From Lama guanicoe (taxonomy: Eukaryota), in the NCBI GenBank assembly GCA_013239625.1, contig MU053934.1, forward strand, positions 1,085,285 to 1,149,284: a DNA stretch of 64,000 nucleotides, given 5' to 3'. The number at the start of each line of letters is the position of its first letter. Position 1 is the stretch's first letter. A program made the translations under genes and the position numbers. This document shows positions 36,875 to 50,182 of this stretch, one piece after another. The notes under the pieces were generated by a model. The model saw nothing but the letters and a program-made list of their open reading frames with translations. It ran no database searches and was not told where the DNA came from.

Positions 36875-37290
36875 TTTAGCAAATATTTCCTGAGCACCTG
36901 TGGCATGCCAGTCACCATTCCAGGCACAGAAGACACAGAGGTGAACAAGACATCCACCCTCTCTTATGGAATTTATATTCAAGGCAATACACAGACTGTG
37001 CTAAGTGCAGGATGGGAGGAGAGAGGTAGGGAGATGTGGCCAAGACCACTCAGCAGAGGTCTCACTTGGCAGGAACCTACCTGAAGTAACTAAGCCATCT
37101 AAAATAAGAGCATCCCAGATGGACTGGACAGTGAATGCACAGACCACAGGGCAGCTCAAACGTGGCATGTATGACCCACATTGTGGAGCAAGTGTGGCCA
37201 GAGCAGAACATGCTAGAGGGACGGTGGTGGGTGCTGAGTTCAGAAAGGAAGCCAGGGCCTTACTTGTAGCATCTTAGTAAGTTATGGCAA
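36875..37290 (-). mobile_element. L2 fragment
   Basis: agcaaatatttcctgagcacctgtggcatgccagtcaccattccaggcacagaagacacagaggtgaacaagac. Confidence 0.7.
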
Positions 37291-37846
37291 GAAACTGGCA
37301 GGTCTGGGGAAAGAGGCTCAGGTGAGCAGGTTCACATGTGACTGGATACTAATTGGCAGTCTCTCTGTGGTCTCCGTATCTGACAAAAGGCCCATAGTTA
37401 AAAACAGTAGGATCAAAGGATGGCTCCCCTCCTAGAAGCTGCCAGATGTGGCATCACATCACCATCAAAAGATAGAAGGCCGGATCCCTCAATTCTCATT
37501 TCCATTATCCCAACCAGCCCAAGGAAGAGAAGATTAGAATCTTGAGAAAACCATTGGCTTTGTCAAGCGTGTGGTTGCATTTTTCCTGCCCTTGGTGTGA
37601 GAGAAGACTACTCTGATTCCAAGAAAGGTGAGAGGATTTCTAGAAGACCCTGCTGCAATGTTGATTTTTTCCCCAGGAAGGGAATTGATATCTTCCTCTT
37701 TAGTTGGGACACTAGCTGAGATGCAGGTATTGGTACCTTTATCCTAATCTGCTGCTAGAGTAGAGATGGCAGGAAATCCCTGGGTGAGATGAGAGATTCC
37801 TGGAATGTATGTACATACAGACCAACCAGTTCTCACCAGAAGAGTT

Positions 37847-38012
37847 CTCTTTTTTAAATCTCTTTTTTTGTTGTTTTCTTGGGGGGAGAGGGGAAGTAAC
37901 TAGGCTTATTTATTTTTTAATTTTATTTTTTAATGGAGGAACTGGGGGTTGAACCCAGGACCTCCTGCATGCTGCGCATCCACTCTACTGCTGAGCTGTA
38001 TCCTCCTCCCCC
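37847..38012 (-). mobile_element. Vic-1-like SINE (more diverged)
   Basis: gaactgggggttgaacccaggacctcctgcatgctgcgcatccactctactgctgagctgtatcc; probable TSD tcaccaga on both sides. Confidence 0.85.
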
Positions 38013-38404
38013 ATCACCAGATTTCTGAGAGTGAGGAGTTGACTTGATTGTGGTGGGAAGATGGACAGGAGGGATAGAGACTGAAAAGGACTCCAAACAT
38101 GTGTGCCCACTATTGTGGACACACTCAGTAACTCATGCCCTAAGGAAACTGCTGATCAGTTGTTGCAGACACTTGTACACTACCCTCTCTGGTGATCAGG
38201 GGGCAGAAGACTCACACAGGAGGGGCAGGAGAGAAAACATTTTTCCCCAGCTAGGGTGGAAGTGAACCAAACTTGTCTGAAAATTGCCTACAGAACGAGT
38301 AGCTATGGTCATCTCATCACTCTTACATTTGTGAGGCTTATGAAGAATCCTTTAAAAGTCAACCTTCTAGACATGACAGGTGCACACCAGAGTTGTCAAA
38401 AACC

Positions 38405-40035
38405 ACAGAACAAAGAATAAAAATTAGGGGACTGACGCTACCCATTTTCAAGATTTTTCTATAGAACTACAGTAGTTGAGCCAGTGCAGTGCTGGTGAAA
38501 CAACAGACAGATAGACCAATGCAATGGAATAAAGAGCCCAGACGTGGACCCAAACAAACAGAGTCAACTGATTTTTTAAAATGCAGAGGTAATTCAATGG
38601 AGAAAGAATAATCCTTTCAACAAATGGTACAGGAACAACTGGATATCCACATGCAGAAAAAAAATTAATCTAGACACAGACCTTACTTCTTTCACAAAAA
38701 TCTATAAAAATGGACCACAGACCTAAATGTAAAACGCAAAACCAAAAAATTCTAGAAGATAACAGGAAAAAAAATCTGTGTGAGCTTAGATTTGTTAATA
38801 AATTTTTAGACACAACACCAAAAACAAATCCATGAAAGAAAAATTAACAAGTTGGATTTCATAAAATTAAAAACTTCTGCTTGTGGAGGACACCATTAAG
38901 AGACTGCAATGGAAAGCCATAGACAAGGAAAAAATATTTGCAAAATATATATCTGACAAAGTACTTGTATCTAAAATATACAAAAAAACACTTAAAACTC
39001 AACAATAAGAAAACAATCAGATTTTTAAATGAGCAAAAGATCTAAACAGATACCTCATCAAAAAGATACACAAATGGCAACTAAGCATTTGAAAGGATGC
39101 TCAACACCATAAGTCACCAGGGAATTGCCAATTAGAACAACATACCACTACATACCTATTAGAATGGCTATATTCCAAAACACTGACAACACCTAATCCT
39201 GGCAAGGATGTGGAGCAACAGGAACTCTCAGTCATTGCTTGTGAGAATGCAGAATGGTACAGTTACTTTGGAAGACAAATTTGCTAGTTTTTTACAAAGT
39301 TAAACATCATCTTACTGTACAATCCAGCAATTGCATTCCTAGGTATTTACCCAAGGAGTTGAAACTCATGTTCACGTAAAAACGCATACACAAAGGTTTA
39401 TAGCAGCTTTATTTATAACTGTGAAAAATCGGATGCAACCAAGATGTCCTTTAGTAGGTAAATGGATAAACAAACTGTGTTATATCCATACAATGTAATA
39501 TTATTTAGCAATAAAAAGAAAAAGTGAGCTATCAAGCCACAAAAAGACATGGAGGCGCCTTAAGCACATATTGTCAAATGAAAGAAGCCAACCTAAAAAG
39601 GCTACACACTGTATTGTTCCAACTATATGATGTTCTTGAAAAGAAAAACTGTAGCAACAGTAAAAAGATCAGTGGTTGCCAGGAGTTTGGGGGAGGGGAA
39701 GAGATATGAAAAGGCAGAACACAGGGGATTTTTAGGGTGGTGAGACTATTCTGCATAATACTGTAAAGATGGATATGTGACACAGTGCATTTGTCACACC
39801 CATAGAGTAGTACTACAGAAAGAGTTAACCTTGATGTAAGTTATGGGCTTCAGTTAATAATGATGTATCAATATTGGTTCATTAATTTTAACAAATTTAC
39901 CACACTAATGCAAGGTATTAAGAATAGAGGAAACTCTGTGGGGAGGGGGATATATATGGGAATTCTCAGTACTGTATGCTCAATATTCCTGTAAACATAA
40001 AGCTCTTCTGAAAAATAAACTCTATTGATTTAAAA
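38405..40035 (+). mobile_element. Old L1 (L1MC-like) ORF2 3' part and 3'UTR
   Basis: Degenerate ORF2 motifs (ctttcaacaaatggtacagg, acctaaatgtaaaac); 3'UTR gctatcaagccacaaaaagacatgg...; ends aaataaa. Confidence 0.85.
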
Positions 40036-40139
40036 CAGACAAACACCCAGAACCACGAGATGAAACTACAGCAGAGAGACAAGAACAGGTTGTGGATGAT
40101 GCTGAAATATACATGATGTGGTCATAAATTCATTCGTGT

Positions 40140-40680
40140 ATAAGGAGCGATTGCAAGGATATCAACAAGTATCCTGGGACTGACTTCAAAAGTCCATCTG
40201 GCTGATTGTGAAAAATGGATTAGAGATGGCCAAGAAAGGATGAGGAGAGACCATGGCAGCGTTTCAAGTGAGACATGCTGATTCTTAAGCTAGTGTGATA
40301 GCAGTGAGTGTAGAAGAAAATGGGAAAAGTTGAAAGAGGCTTAGGAGGTGGAATTAACAGGATTGGTGATTGCCTGGTGTACAGCAGCAGCAGAGAGAGG
40401 GAAAGGTCTAGGACTGATTTTGGCTTTTCAGCTGAGCACCTGGATGGAGATTTGTGCCACTGACTGAGATGAGGAAGACTGGAGAATAAACCAGTTCGGG
40501 AGAAAGAGTATTAATCATCTTTTGGATCTGTTGAGATCAATGTGCCTGTAAGGCTTTCAGGAAGAGATGTTGAATGGACAGTAAGATATGTAGGTCAGAA
40601 GCCCAGCAGAGGAGCCTGGGCTGAGATGCAAAGGTCCTGGGGTGTTAACATCAAAGAGTATTTGAGGTACATGGGATGAT
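40140..40680 (-). mobile_element. L2 internal fragment
   Basis: ggaggtggaattaacaggattggtgattg...ctgagcacctggatgg...gccactgactgagatgaggaagactggag. Confidence 0.75.
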
Positions 40681-42049
40681 GCTGGGTCCTAAATTAATAC
40701 TAATAACAGCTAGCCTTTCTGAGCTCTCATATGTACCAAACTTTATAAAGGATGCTCTACAACAATTGCCTGATTCAGTCTTTTGGTCCAACCTCATGAA
40801 GGAGATGCTATTCGTGTCACCACTCTAAAGATAACAAAACAGAAAGATCAGTGACATCTCCCATAGCACATACCCAGCAAATGACAAAGACACAACCCAG
40901 AACCTAGTCCATGTTCTCCACTCTTCATACTTTTAAACCCCATATTTTCAAGTATCAATATTTCAAATATTTAAGTATGCTTTCAAGTTTAACTTAACCA
41001 GCTTTAAAGGGCGTACATACCTATCTCATATTCCTACTCATCCAGAGGTCTCAGCCTTCATCGAGCTTTCTCTCGGGAAGAAATATCTGAGACAGCTTTG
41101 CTCTTCCAATCTCCGCATGTTTCTTTCATTTTTACATTGCAGTAAAAACTGGAAAATATGATCAGATAGTTTTCAAGTCTCATTAGTCAAATTAATATTT
41201 GTACTGCAAGCAACCTGGAAACTTTGGCAACTGCAGTGAAAAAGGTTTAGAGGAATTAAGGGGGAAAATTTTTGTTGGAGGAGAAATTAAATTGATTGTT
41301 TCATGTGGAAAAAGCAAAACAACTTATAATTTATAAAATAACATTTTTTGAAAGATTCCCTAGAATGATTCATCCTAGAGATGGGAAGCCCATATCCAGA
41401 GGCTTCGTGGCTCTGGGTCCACTGGCAAGTCACTTCTCTGCTGCAGACCTCCGTTTCCCCATCTCTCAAAAGAGAATAAGAGCAGTTGCCCTGGATATTT
41501 CACAGGGCTGTGAGGAGACTCAGGTGAGATGACAGATGGGGAAGCTTCATGAAGTGTAAAAAGTGCTAGACAAATACAAGAGTTAATTTGAATAATGATT
41601 ACACTTCACATAGAGACAAGCCACCATTATTCACAGACTGCATGTCCAGGCTGGGTACTGCAGTCAGACACATCAGGGTGCAAGAGGAAGGACCCTAGTG
41701 ATGGCCAAGTTGAAGACCCTCCCTTGAGAGATGAGGAGAATGGGGCAAGAACTGGTGGGGGGCTCACCCAAGGTCAGAGCTGAGATTAGCACCTCCATTT
41801 CTCCCTCTGTTCTGTTGGTTTCTCTCTCTTCCCTTTAGCTAAGGGGACTCTTGGCCATTTTAGGGGGTCCTTACTATCTCCTGCTAGAAAAGGATCTGGA
41901 ATAATTGAAAGAGAAGAGTCTGACTGCCACTTTGGGCCTTAGCAAGACAAACGGGTTTTCCCAGGAAAAAAACACGCTAACCTGAAGCCAACAGAGGATG
42001 GGGGGTCCACATTTCCGAGACTATAGGTAAAACAACAGAAGCATCAACA

Positions 42050-42300
42050 GTAACAGCGTCTCATATTCACTAACTTCTCGATCTGTGCCTGGAACTGTGC
42101 TAAGCACCTCACCTGCCAACGTGTCTGATTCTATCCTCACAACCATCCTGTTGAGTTAGGTGTCATTATTGACTTCATTTTATAGATGGAAAAACTGAGG
42201 CTTAAAGGTTTTTCAGAAGTTGCCACAGGCTGTAAGAGGTAAAAGCAGAGATTCACCCCAGCCAGTGCCACTCATAGTTTCCAGGTTTTAACCACCGGAC
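42050..42300 (-). mobile_element. MIR SINE
   Basis: cattttatagatggaaaaactgaggctt. Confidence 0.8.
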
Positions 42301-42309
42301 ACTTTTTAG

Positions 42310-42855
42310 TCCACTAAATCCTTAAGTCTTTGGAGCTGCAATTCTAGGCTCCTCACAATCTGAACCATCCAGCTTTCTCCCTCGCATTAAACCTGGAGAA
42401 AACCTGGGGTCTGATCTCTTAGCTCCTCAAACAGTGCGGTTAATTCTGAAGGGCATAATGCACAGCCTTTCTGAAATCTCGCCCCTGGACTTTGCTCCCT
42501 GCCCAGCATGCACTTTCCACTTCTTTCCCTGTTCAAATCTTTGTCTTCTGTTACGACTCCCCTGAAATTCCACCTCCAGCATGTCTTCCTGGTCACTAAA
42601 TCCACACTGGTTTCTCTTTCTCCTTTGAGTCCCTCTGTGCTTTCTATACCTTCCATGTGGCTCCTATAGGGTTCAGGCTCCTGATATTTTTTTTTTCATT
42701 TGCTGTGTAAATCTTTCCAAAGATTCATGTGATATCCTCAAACACATTAGAAACTCCTCCAGGACAACATCAATGGCTGTTTCTCTTGGGTCCTCCACAG
42801 CGTCTGGCACATGACTGGAGGTCATCAGCAGTCAAATTTTTAAATGAATAAAATA
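42310..42855 (+). mobile_element. L2 fragment
   Basis: attagaaactcctccaggaca...cacagcgtctggcacat...aaatgaataaa. Confidence 0.6.
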
Positions 42856-43664
42856 AGAACATTAAGAAAAAGCTACGGAGAGGCAACTGCCAGTTAAATG
42901 GGAGGATAACTTTCTCCATCAGACAACTTATTTTTTAACAATGGGAAGAATGTTCTTCCTATGTCAGTATTTAGCTATCAACGAGGGTGTTTACAAAGAG
43001 GATTACTGAGGGATATTTTGGATGGGATTCCTGCTTTGAGGGAGGAAACGCCAAGGTCTTTTCTAGCTCACAGTCTATGATCCCAAACTGAATGTCTGAG
43101 TTTGTGACTGAGTGAATGAATGAGTGAATTTGCAGACATCAGCGTCTCCCCCACCGCAACTGAGACATGATGTTCTGCCTAACTCAGTCTTTTATCTGAA
43201 AAACACTGACATGAAGTAAGTGGAGAGCAGATCTTATTTCCTCTATTTTCCAGATGAGAAAACAGACTTATTGAAGTAAAAATAATTTGCCTGAAGTCAG
43301 CAGTTGGTTACACACCAGCTCCAGCCTTCACAATCCCGGCCAGTTCAGTCCCTGCTTCAAAAGCCCCAAATAGCTTACTATGGCCCCATCTCTGCTCTCC
43401 TCCTTTGCAGCATAGAGGGGACGCTGGAAGGAATCCTAGAGAAACTTTGGCTTCTCCCTATCCTGCACTCTCAGCCACAGAGCCATTTGGGCTTTACCTC
43501 TTGAGCATTTCTCAGTTTGGTCCTCTTCTCCCCATAAACATTGTGCCGCCTTCATGTGCTCTGATGTGAAGGAAGGCTCTGAAATTAGACTGGATCCGCT
43601 TCTCAGCTCTGGTTCCTTGGCCATGTTACTCCACATCTCTCAATCTCGAGAGGGGAGCCATAAT

Positions 43665-44010
43665 TAGAGCCCACCTAATAGTTGTGGTGAAAATGAGATG
43701 ATGTTACCTGGAAATAGGTGGATAGATAGCACCTAGGACAGTGCCTAGGACAGAGTGCAGACTCAGTATGTACTAAACTGTGTCTGCTTATTAGTGGGGG
43801 ATGGGAAACAATGCCCTTTCCTAACTGTGCGACCTTGGGCGTGGTTGTTTGGCCACTCTGTGACTCCGTTTCCATGTCTGAAAAATGGAGATAACGATAG
43901 CAGTAACCCCCACCTCCTGAGGATTTTGGGGAGAAATAAACACGTTAATGTATACAGAGAGCACTTAGAAATTGCCTGGCAAATTGCAGGTGCTCTAATG
44001 GTGTCGCTGT
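43665..44010 (+). mobile_element. Two adjacent MIR fragments
   Basis: ctaactgtgcgaccttgggc...ccgtttccatgtctgaaaaatggagataacgatag. Confidence 0.7.
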
Positions 44011-44235
44011 ATTGCTTTTCCTGATAAATGTTGACTGCACCCACACAGCCTCTTGCATTTGCTTCATGGTGCGTATTCTTCCCTTAAGATCGGATCATCC
44101 CATATAGATCACAACATCTATGTCGTTTTCACCACAATTTTTTAAATGATTTTTTGCTTTTATTCCTTCCATAATCATGCTCTGTTTTGGGGGGGGGCAG
44201 TGCTAGAAACTCCACAGTCTGCTTTTTTCCCTTAC

Positions 44236-44425
44236 CAGACACAATGGTGGTAATCATGTTCGTAAAACACTTCAAGACTAGGCGTGGACACCGCAAACAT
44301 GTCATAGATGTTAATGAACAATTTAATGGTAGAATCTGACCGACCTTCCCCATAGGAGGCAATCATAGGAGCTGGCCTCGGTCCTGAAATGAAGATTTTG
44401 ACGTTCCTGGAAAAGCCAGAAATTG
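44236..44425. other. Candidate exon in unique sequence (unidentified transcript)
   Basis: Plus: acceptor ctgcttttttcccttaccag| then 44239-44425 then |gtaagc. Minus: acceptor atcttcatttcag| then 44383-44236 then |gtaagg, with one open frame. Locally CpG-retaining. Confidence 0.3.
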
Positions 44426-46835
44426 GTAAGCAGAAGGCTTCATGATCAGTCCTCATGTTTCATATTGTGATGCCTTTGGGGTTGTTTATTAAGAGATCCC
44501 ACTCATTCCATCTCTTCATCCTTAGTGTCTAGCTCAGTCCCTGTCTCAGAAAGGGTGCTCACTAAAAGCTGAGCCATGCATACACCTAGAAGCAGACTTC
44601 TCCATTTTACAGATGTGATCAAAAACTGTGATGTAGAAAGGATAAGTAACGCTTTCCAGGTGACACAGTAAGAGTTGTTCAACATTTTTCATTCTTCAAA
44701 GCTTAGTTCAAATGCTAACTCTTCTGAGAAGGCTTTCTTGATTTAACCCAAACAGAAATAATACAAATTAATTTGCCTTGAATTCTTTAACTACATTAAC
44801 TGAATACGTGGAGATACCAAAATAAGTCTATATGCCTATCATATCATTATTGCCAGACTTCATGAATCCTCGAGGACAAAGTCCTTGTTTGGCACTTAGG
44901 AAATACCGGAAGGTGGGGGACTTTTATATATAATATAAAAGCAAAGAGGCATGAGGAAACCCAGAATCTTCTAGGAGACCACACTGCCTCCCACCAAAAT
45001 GAATCCTCCCGAACTCCTGCCCCCTTAGGGTACTAAGCTGGGTGGAATTGCTTCCTAAAGCTATCCATCCAAGAAAACTACCTATGTTAATGTGCTCTTT
45101 AGCTAATGGGTTACTCCAGACAGGTGATAATGGTTCTGTGACAACTGAGGGTGGAGGAAATTGGGGGGGGGGAGCCTGATCCCATAATTCACTGAGTCTT
45201 TCCCATGGCTCAGCTTTAAAGGAGGCAGAATTGAGATGTCTGTTAAGTGGCTTTGGAGAATGGAGAAACAGCCATAATGGGATAAATTAACAAGTCCCTG
45301 CAAGAGAAAATGCCCATTATAATGACCTTGGTGAGCTATCAGCTCTGGAGATCTTGCAGGCAAACACACTAAGTATACGGAAGTGGGTCTCCTCCACATT
45401 ACTTTGTAACATAATTTTAGAACAGTTACTCTGCCTATGCACAGTATCCCACCTTCAACATTCCTCCCTCCCGAATACCCCTCTTCCCATTTACAGCTCC
45501 TGGAAGACAGGATAAAGCACAGGACTTTTACAACACCTCCTGATTTCAAGCTCCAAACTCTCCATGGCCCATCCTGCAGCCCTCCAGCCCCCAGTTGGTG
45601 TCACTTGACCCTCACCTGCAGACACAGTTGTCCTTGCCCAGGTGCCGGCCATATTTTATTCACTTTATAGGAAGGAGGAAGGGTGTGGTTTCAAGAATCT
45701 CGAATCACAAACTAAAATGCCCTTGCTGCTTTTCTTGCTAACTTGTGCCCCAGTCCTAGAAACCAGGCTTCTGCCTGCTACCAGACTCCACCCAGTGCCT
45801 GTTACCTGGTGCCTGAGCCTTGCCTGGGTGACCTGCCATGTCCCAGTTCTTCTAAGACATCCCACTTTGTAGCCTGTCATTGAACTTAAGCCACCATCCC
45901 CATCCTTACCCTTCCTTGAAACTTGTCAGTAGGCTTCCTAATCCTCCTGGACACTAAAATACTACATACGATGCTCAAGGCCCTGCAAGAACCGGCCTCT
46001 GCTCACCACACCTCATGCCACACCCTTCAGTGCCCAGGTGTCCTGACCATCTTTCTGTTCTTGGAGAGCATCTCAACCACAGGGCTTTTGGACTTCATAC
46101 TCTCAATGGTTTCTTATCTTGGAAATGCCAAACAGGGGTTGGGAGGATATTTTAAGGTCTAAGAAAGTAAAGGCAAGTGCTCACAAAAGGTCACATATTT
46201 TGTGTGCTTTCTTCCCAGTACCAACCAGCATGTATCTGGGGGGTGGAGGAAGCAGAATAATGAGTTTAGAAAATGGAGACAGAATAATGAACCTATTAGA
46301 CAGCTGACTCCTGAGAAGATCAAAAGGACAGGAGGTGGGGAGATCAGATCCCTGAGGTTTGACTGCCCTACCACAAAACAGCCATTGGCCCCCAACTCTG
46401 TTCTGTGGTAAGAATACACAGGGTGCCCTCCATTTGGTTTTCGATATATAGGAGTTGAGGGAAGTTGCCCTTCCCACCTCATCTTGCAATTATTTTAGTC
46501 AAACTCTTGGCTTACTGGAGATTTAGAAAACTTTCTCTCTATCACATTTAAAAGGTGTTATGAAGAGAAGAGAAAGCTTTTAGCTTCAATGGGATCAGAT
46601 TAGAATTTTTTTTAACCCCTTCTATCTGATCATATGAAATTCAGAAGGAAGTTATTGCTTGGCAAGGCAGAGGATGAAAAGCGTGGAATGTCCCTGCTAG
46701 AAGGATCCACTGAGCCTCTAGTCTCCCTTAATGGCCCAGAGAGGGACCATTACTTGCCCAGTGACACACAGCTTACTGGTGGCAGAGCCAGAGTCAGGAG
46801 TCAGGTCAGAGATTCTTGACTAGAGAGCCCTTTAT

Positions 46836-46978
46836 GGCAGTGGGTAAAACTTCTTAAATTGGCAGGTGATACTTTGCATCTGTGGGCCCACGTGCATTTA
46901 CAGGGCAAGAGTGGTCATAATTTTCATTAGATACTTGAAGGAGTCTATAACCCAAACCAAGTTAAAAGCCACCAGTAT
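46836..46978. mobile_element. hAT-Charlie MITE remnant
   Basis: gtcataattttcattagatacttgaaggagtctataacccaaaccaagttaaaagccaccag. Confidence 0.5.
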
Positions 46979-47149
46979 TCTAATGAACAATCCTTAATGC
47001 GAGGGATTTTGTAAAATGTAATTGAAGCAACAAAACTTATCTATAAGAAACAATCAGAGAAAAATACCGTATAGCCAATGGTTTGGTGTTAAAATATATG
47101 ACATGGACTATTAATATTCTAAAAGGGAAGGAAAGAAGGTGCTGGATAG

Positions 47150-47365
47150 TCAAGAACTAACGTTGATATAGACCTTCTTTGTGCTGGGCACCGTTTTGTA
47201 TCCTTGCATTTATTGGCTCTCTGTTAATCCTCATGTCAACCCTGTTAGGGATATACTATTATCACTCCCCATTTTACAGGGGAAGAAACTGAGGAAACAG
47301 AAGTTAAGTCACTTGCCTAAGATCAATGACCAGTAGGGGGCAGAAACCAGGATTGGATCATCCTT
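47150..47365 (-). mobile_element. MIR SINE
   Basis: ccccattttacaggggaagaaactgagg...gttaagtcacttgcctaagatca. Confidence 0.85.
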
Positions 47366-48639
47366 AAGTTGTCACATATAGGATTCCACAAGGCACAGGG
47401 CATACAGGTAGACAGATCACACAGCCCCTGCTGCTGGGAGTTCATGGTCTTTTGGAGGAGGCTGGTGCAAAACGCTGATGATGCTTATAATGGTCCAAGC
47501 TATAAGCAACTTCTAAAGATGCAGTGGATGGGCAGGGTGGAGGGGAAAGCTAGACACAACCAGAAACCCAGCAGGCAGGTGGCAGAGGAACCATGAGTTT
47601 AAACTTGTTGTGCAGGACAACCTGGCCATGTTCTGTGGATTCAGTTTGGGTGGCCAGATGAGCCTTAATTTCAGAAGCAGACCATATCCACTCAGCCGAT
47701 TAGGCAGGCCAAGCGGCAAACCCAGCGAATGGCCCAACACCTGGGAACTGGCGCTTCTGTTCGCATTCCAGAACACCTGTCTCTGCAGGCAGCAAGACCT
47801 AGGATAGCAATAAAGACTGGCGGTTGGGTCCCAACCAAATGGTCTGGGATTTGGCCAGAGATGGGTAGTGAATAAGGGAAAGCAAGTTACCCAGTTAAAA
47901 TGAGACAAGAGGACAGTACCACTCAAGACCTGCCCTGCTGTCTGTGGAACCTTTGACAGTGGAACCTACACCCACCTCAGTTTTCTCATCTGTGGAACAG
48001 GATGCTCTCATCACCTCTCTCGGAGGATGGTTATGAGATTTAAGTGAAACGGATCATTTTGTGTGTGGCACAAAGTAAGCACTCAAAATACTTATCATTT
48101 CACTCATTTAACAGCAGTCTGTTCAGTAACTGTTATGCACCAGGTTCGGGACCAGATGCCACAGTTGCACAAGTTTACAAACCAGTGTGGCTTCTGCCCC
48201 TATAGAATTCAAAATCGATTGTCCTTCCCATTGGGAGTTATTATTAGTGGTAGGTGCAGTGGCATCATCATTTCTATTACAAATAACTAAGGAGGTCTCA
48301 CTCCTTGGATGCAGCCTGAGCTGGGGCGTAGGCCCTTGACAACGGTCACTCTGGGAGTGGGGATCGGGGAGGGGAGGAGGGGTGTGCCTAACTGGATGGG
48401 GGAGGAGCGACTGCCTTCACCTCTGCACTGCTGGATTCAGACCTGGTGGGGTGTGTGGAGGTTCCAGGGGCAGCAGAAGACTTCAGCAGGCAGGCTGGGC
48501 CCCAGATCAGATCTGAAAGTGGGACCGTACCCCAACTTCTACAGACGAGAGGAAGGGAAGCAGCTACTGCCTCTGCTGGCATTTGCTCAGGAGCAGGACT
48601 CGGCTGCAGGCTACGGTGAAAGGCTTCAGTGGTCACAAG

Positions 48640-50182
48640 GGAGGTGTGGACGAATCCGTATTTTATGGGGTCCAGACAATTTGGACCCTCTTTAAGAAAA
48701 GGAATGCCAAATTAGGTTTAAAATGGGATTAAACGTGTAAAAAATAAGTTACATACAGAAAAACACCATAACATCAGAGAAATAACAATATTTCTATTAG
48801 CTAACCACTCCCACCATCCTCTTTCTGTTCTGAACTTTCGGGGCATCCTCTTTGATGGGGTCTCCAGGTGCTAATTTTGTCGTCTTACTCTATACAAAGA
48901 GCAGGGAGATGATTGGGCTTTACTCTAGATCGAAACAATTTCATTAATAGTTTATAAAAAGGCTCCTAGCTTCACAGCTCAGTGTCGGTCATGTCATGTA
49001 AATGTTTGTGACTGTAGTCGACATGTGGTAAATCTTTCATCATGTGAGCCTCACATATGAGCTGTTATGGTTGCACTCACTGTTTACAGTACTGCTATCA
49101 GTTTTCTCCCCAAAAACATGGGAATTGTGATGAACCATGTTTTCCACAACTCCCTTCAAAAAAGACCTCTTCCCCAAACCAAAGTACATGGTGTTTATAA
49201 TCGCACCTGTTGCATTGTCAAGTCTATTTCTGGGAAGGGGACTTTTATGCTGATGAGGCATTGACCAGAGATGAATCAACCCTCTACTGAAAATTTTACA
49301 TCCTCTGATGGGGGAAGAATGTTTCACATGCTAATTTCTGGCTCTGTACATTTCAAACCTGTTTTTCCCTCCCATTACCCATGCACCTCCAGTGCCAGGT
49401 GCTCTAGGACATGTTCATTCACAACAGGCCCCGGCCAGGTCTTCAGGTCACTCTGCAAAGTGAATGGACACAGCAGGAAGCCATTTCTATGCCAGGATGA
49501 CCAGCAATACTGTGGTTATAATGGCTGCAAAGCTACAACCACATCACAATACCTCACTAACCCCAGACTAAATGGGTTCTCCACCTCAATAACCCCTTTG
49601 CCAACGCCAAAGATGTCCAGGACCACTCCAAACCCAGCACGAGGGGACACCTGTCTTAACGGATTGTGGTTAATACATCTTACGTTTGAGAATTTTACAG
49701 CAGTACATTGCTACCGACTGAATGTTTGAGTCCCTCCAGAATCCATATGCTGAAATCGAATCCCCAGTGTGATGGCATTTGGAGGTGGCCTTTGGGAAGT
49801 AATTAGGTCATAAAGGTGCAGTCCTCATGGATAGGGTTAGTGCCCTTCTAACAAGAGGACAGAAAGCTAGTTGGCTCTCTTTCCACCACCTGAGGACACA
49901 CGAAGTCAAGTCTGCAGTGCGGAAGGGGGTCCTCACCAGAACCCAGCCATGCTGGCATCCTGGCCCCAGACCTCCAGCCTCCAGAACGGGGAGAAATGAA
50001 TTTCTGTTGTGTATAAGCCACTTGGTCTGTGGTGCTTTTTATGGCATCCCCATCAGATTAAGACAGACATGCTCATGTGAACATACTGCTAGGGCTTCCT
50101 TTAGAGCCTCAAAAGGATCTTGTGCAAGTAGGGCCCCTGAATCTTCCATTTCACTTATTCCCTTCCAGGTACCCACCTCTGG
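48640..50182. mobile_element. Zaphod/MER115-like hAT-Tip100 DNA transposon remnant, split by an MLT1A LTR
   Basis: Left end gaatccgtattttatggggtcc...ccctctttaagaaaaggaat; right end catgtgaacatactgctagggc...tgtgcaagtagggcccctgaa. Confidence 0.55.
49709..50065 (+). mobile_element. MaLR solo LTR (MLT1A-like)
   Basis: TG...CA ends (tgctaccgactgaatgttt ... agattaagaca); 5-bp TSD tacat/gacat. Confidence 0.9.
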
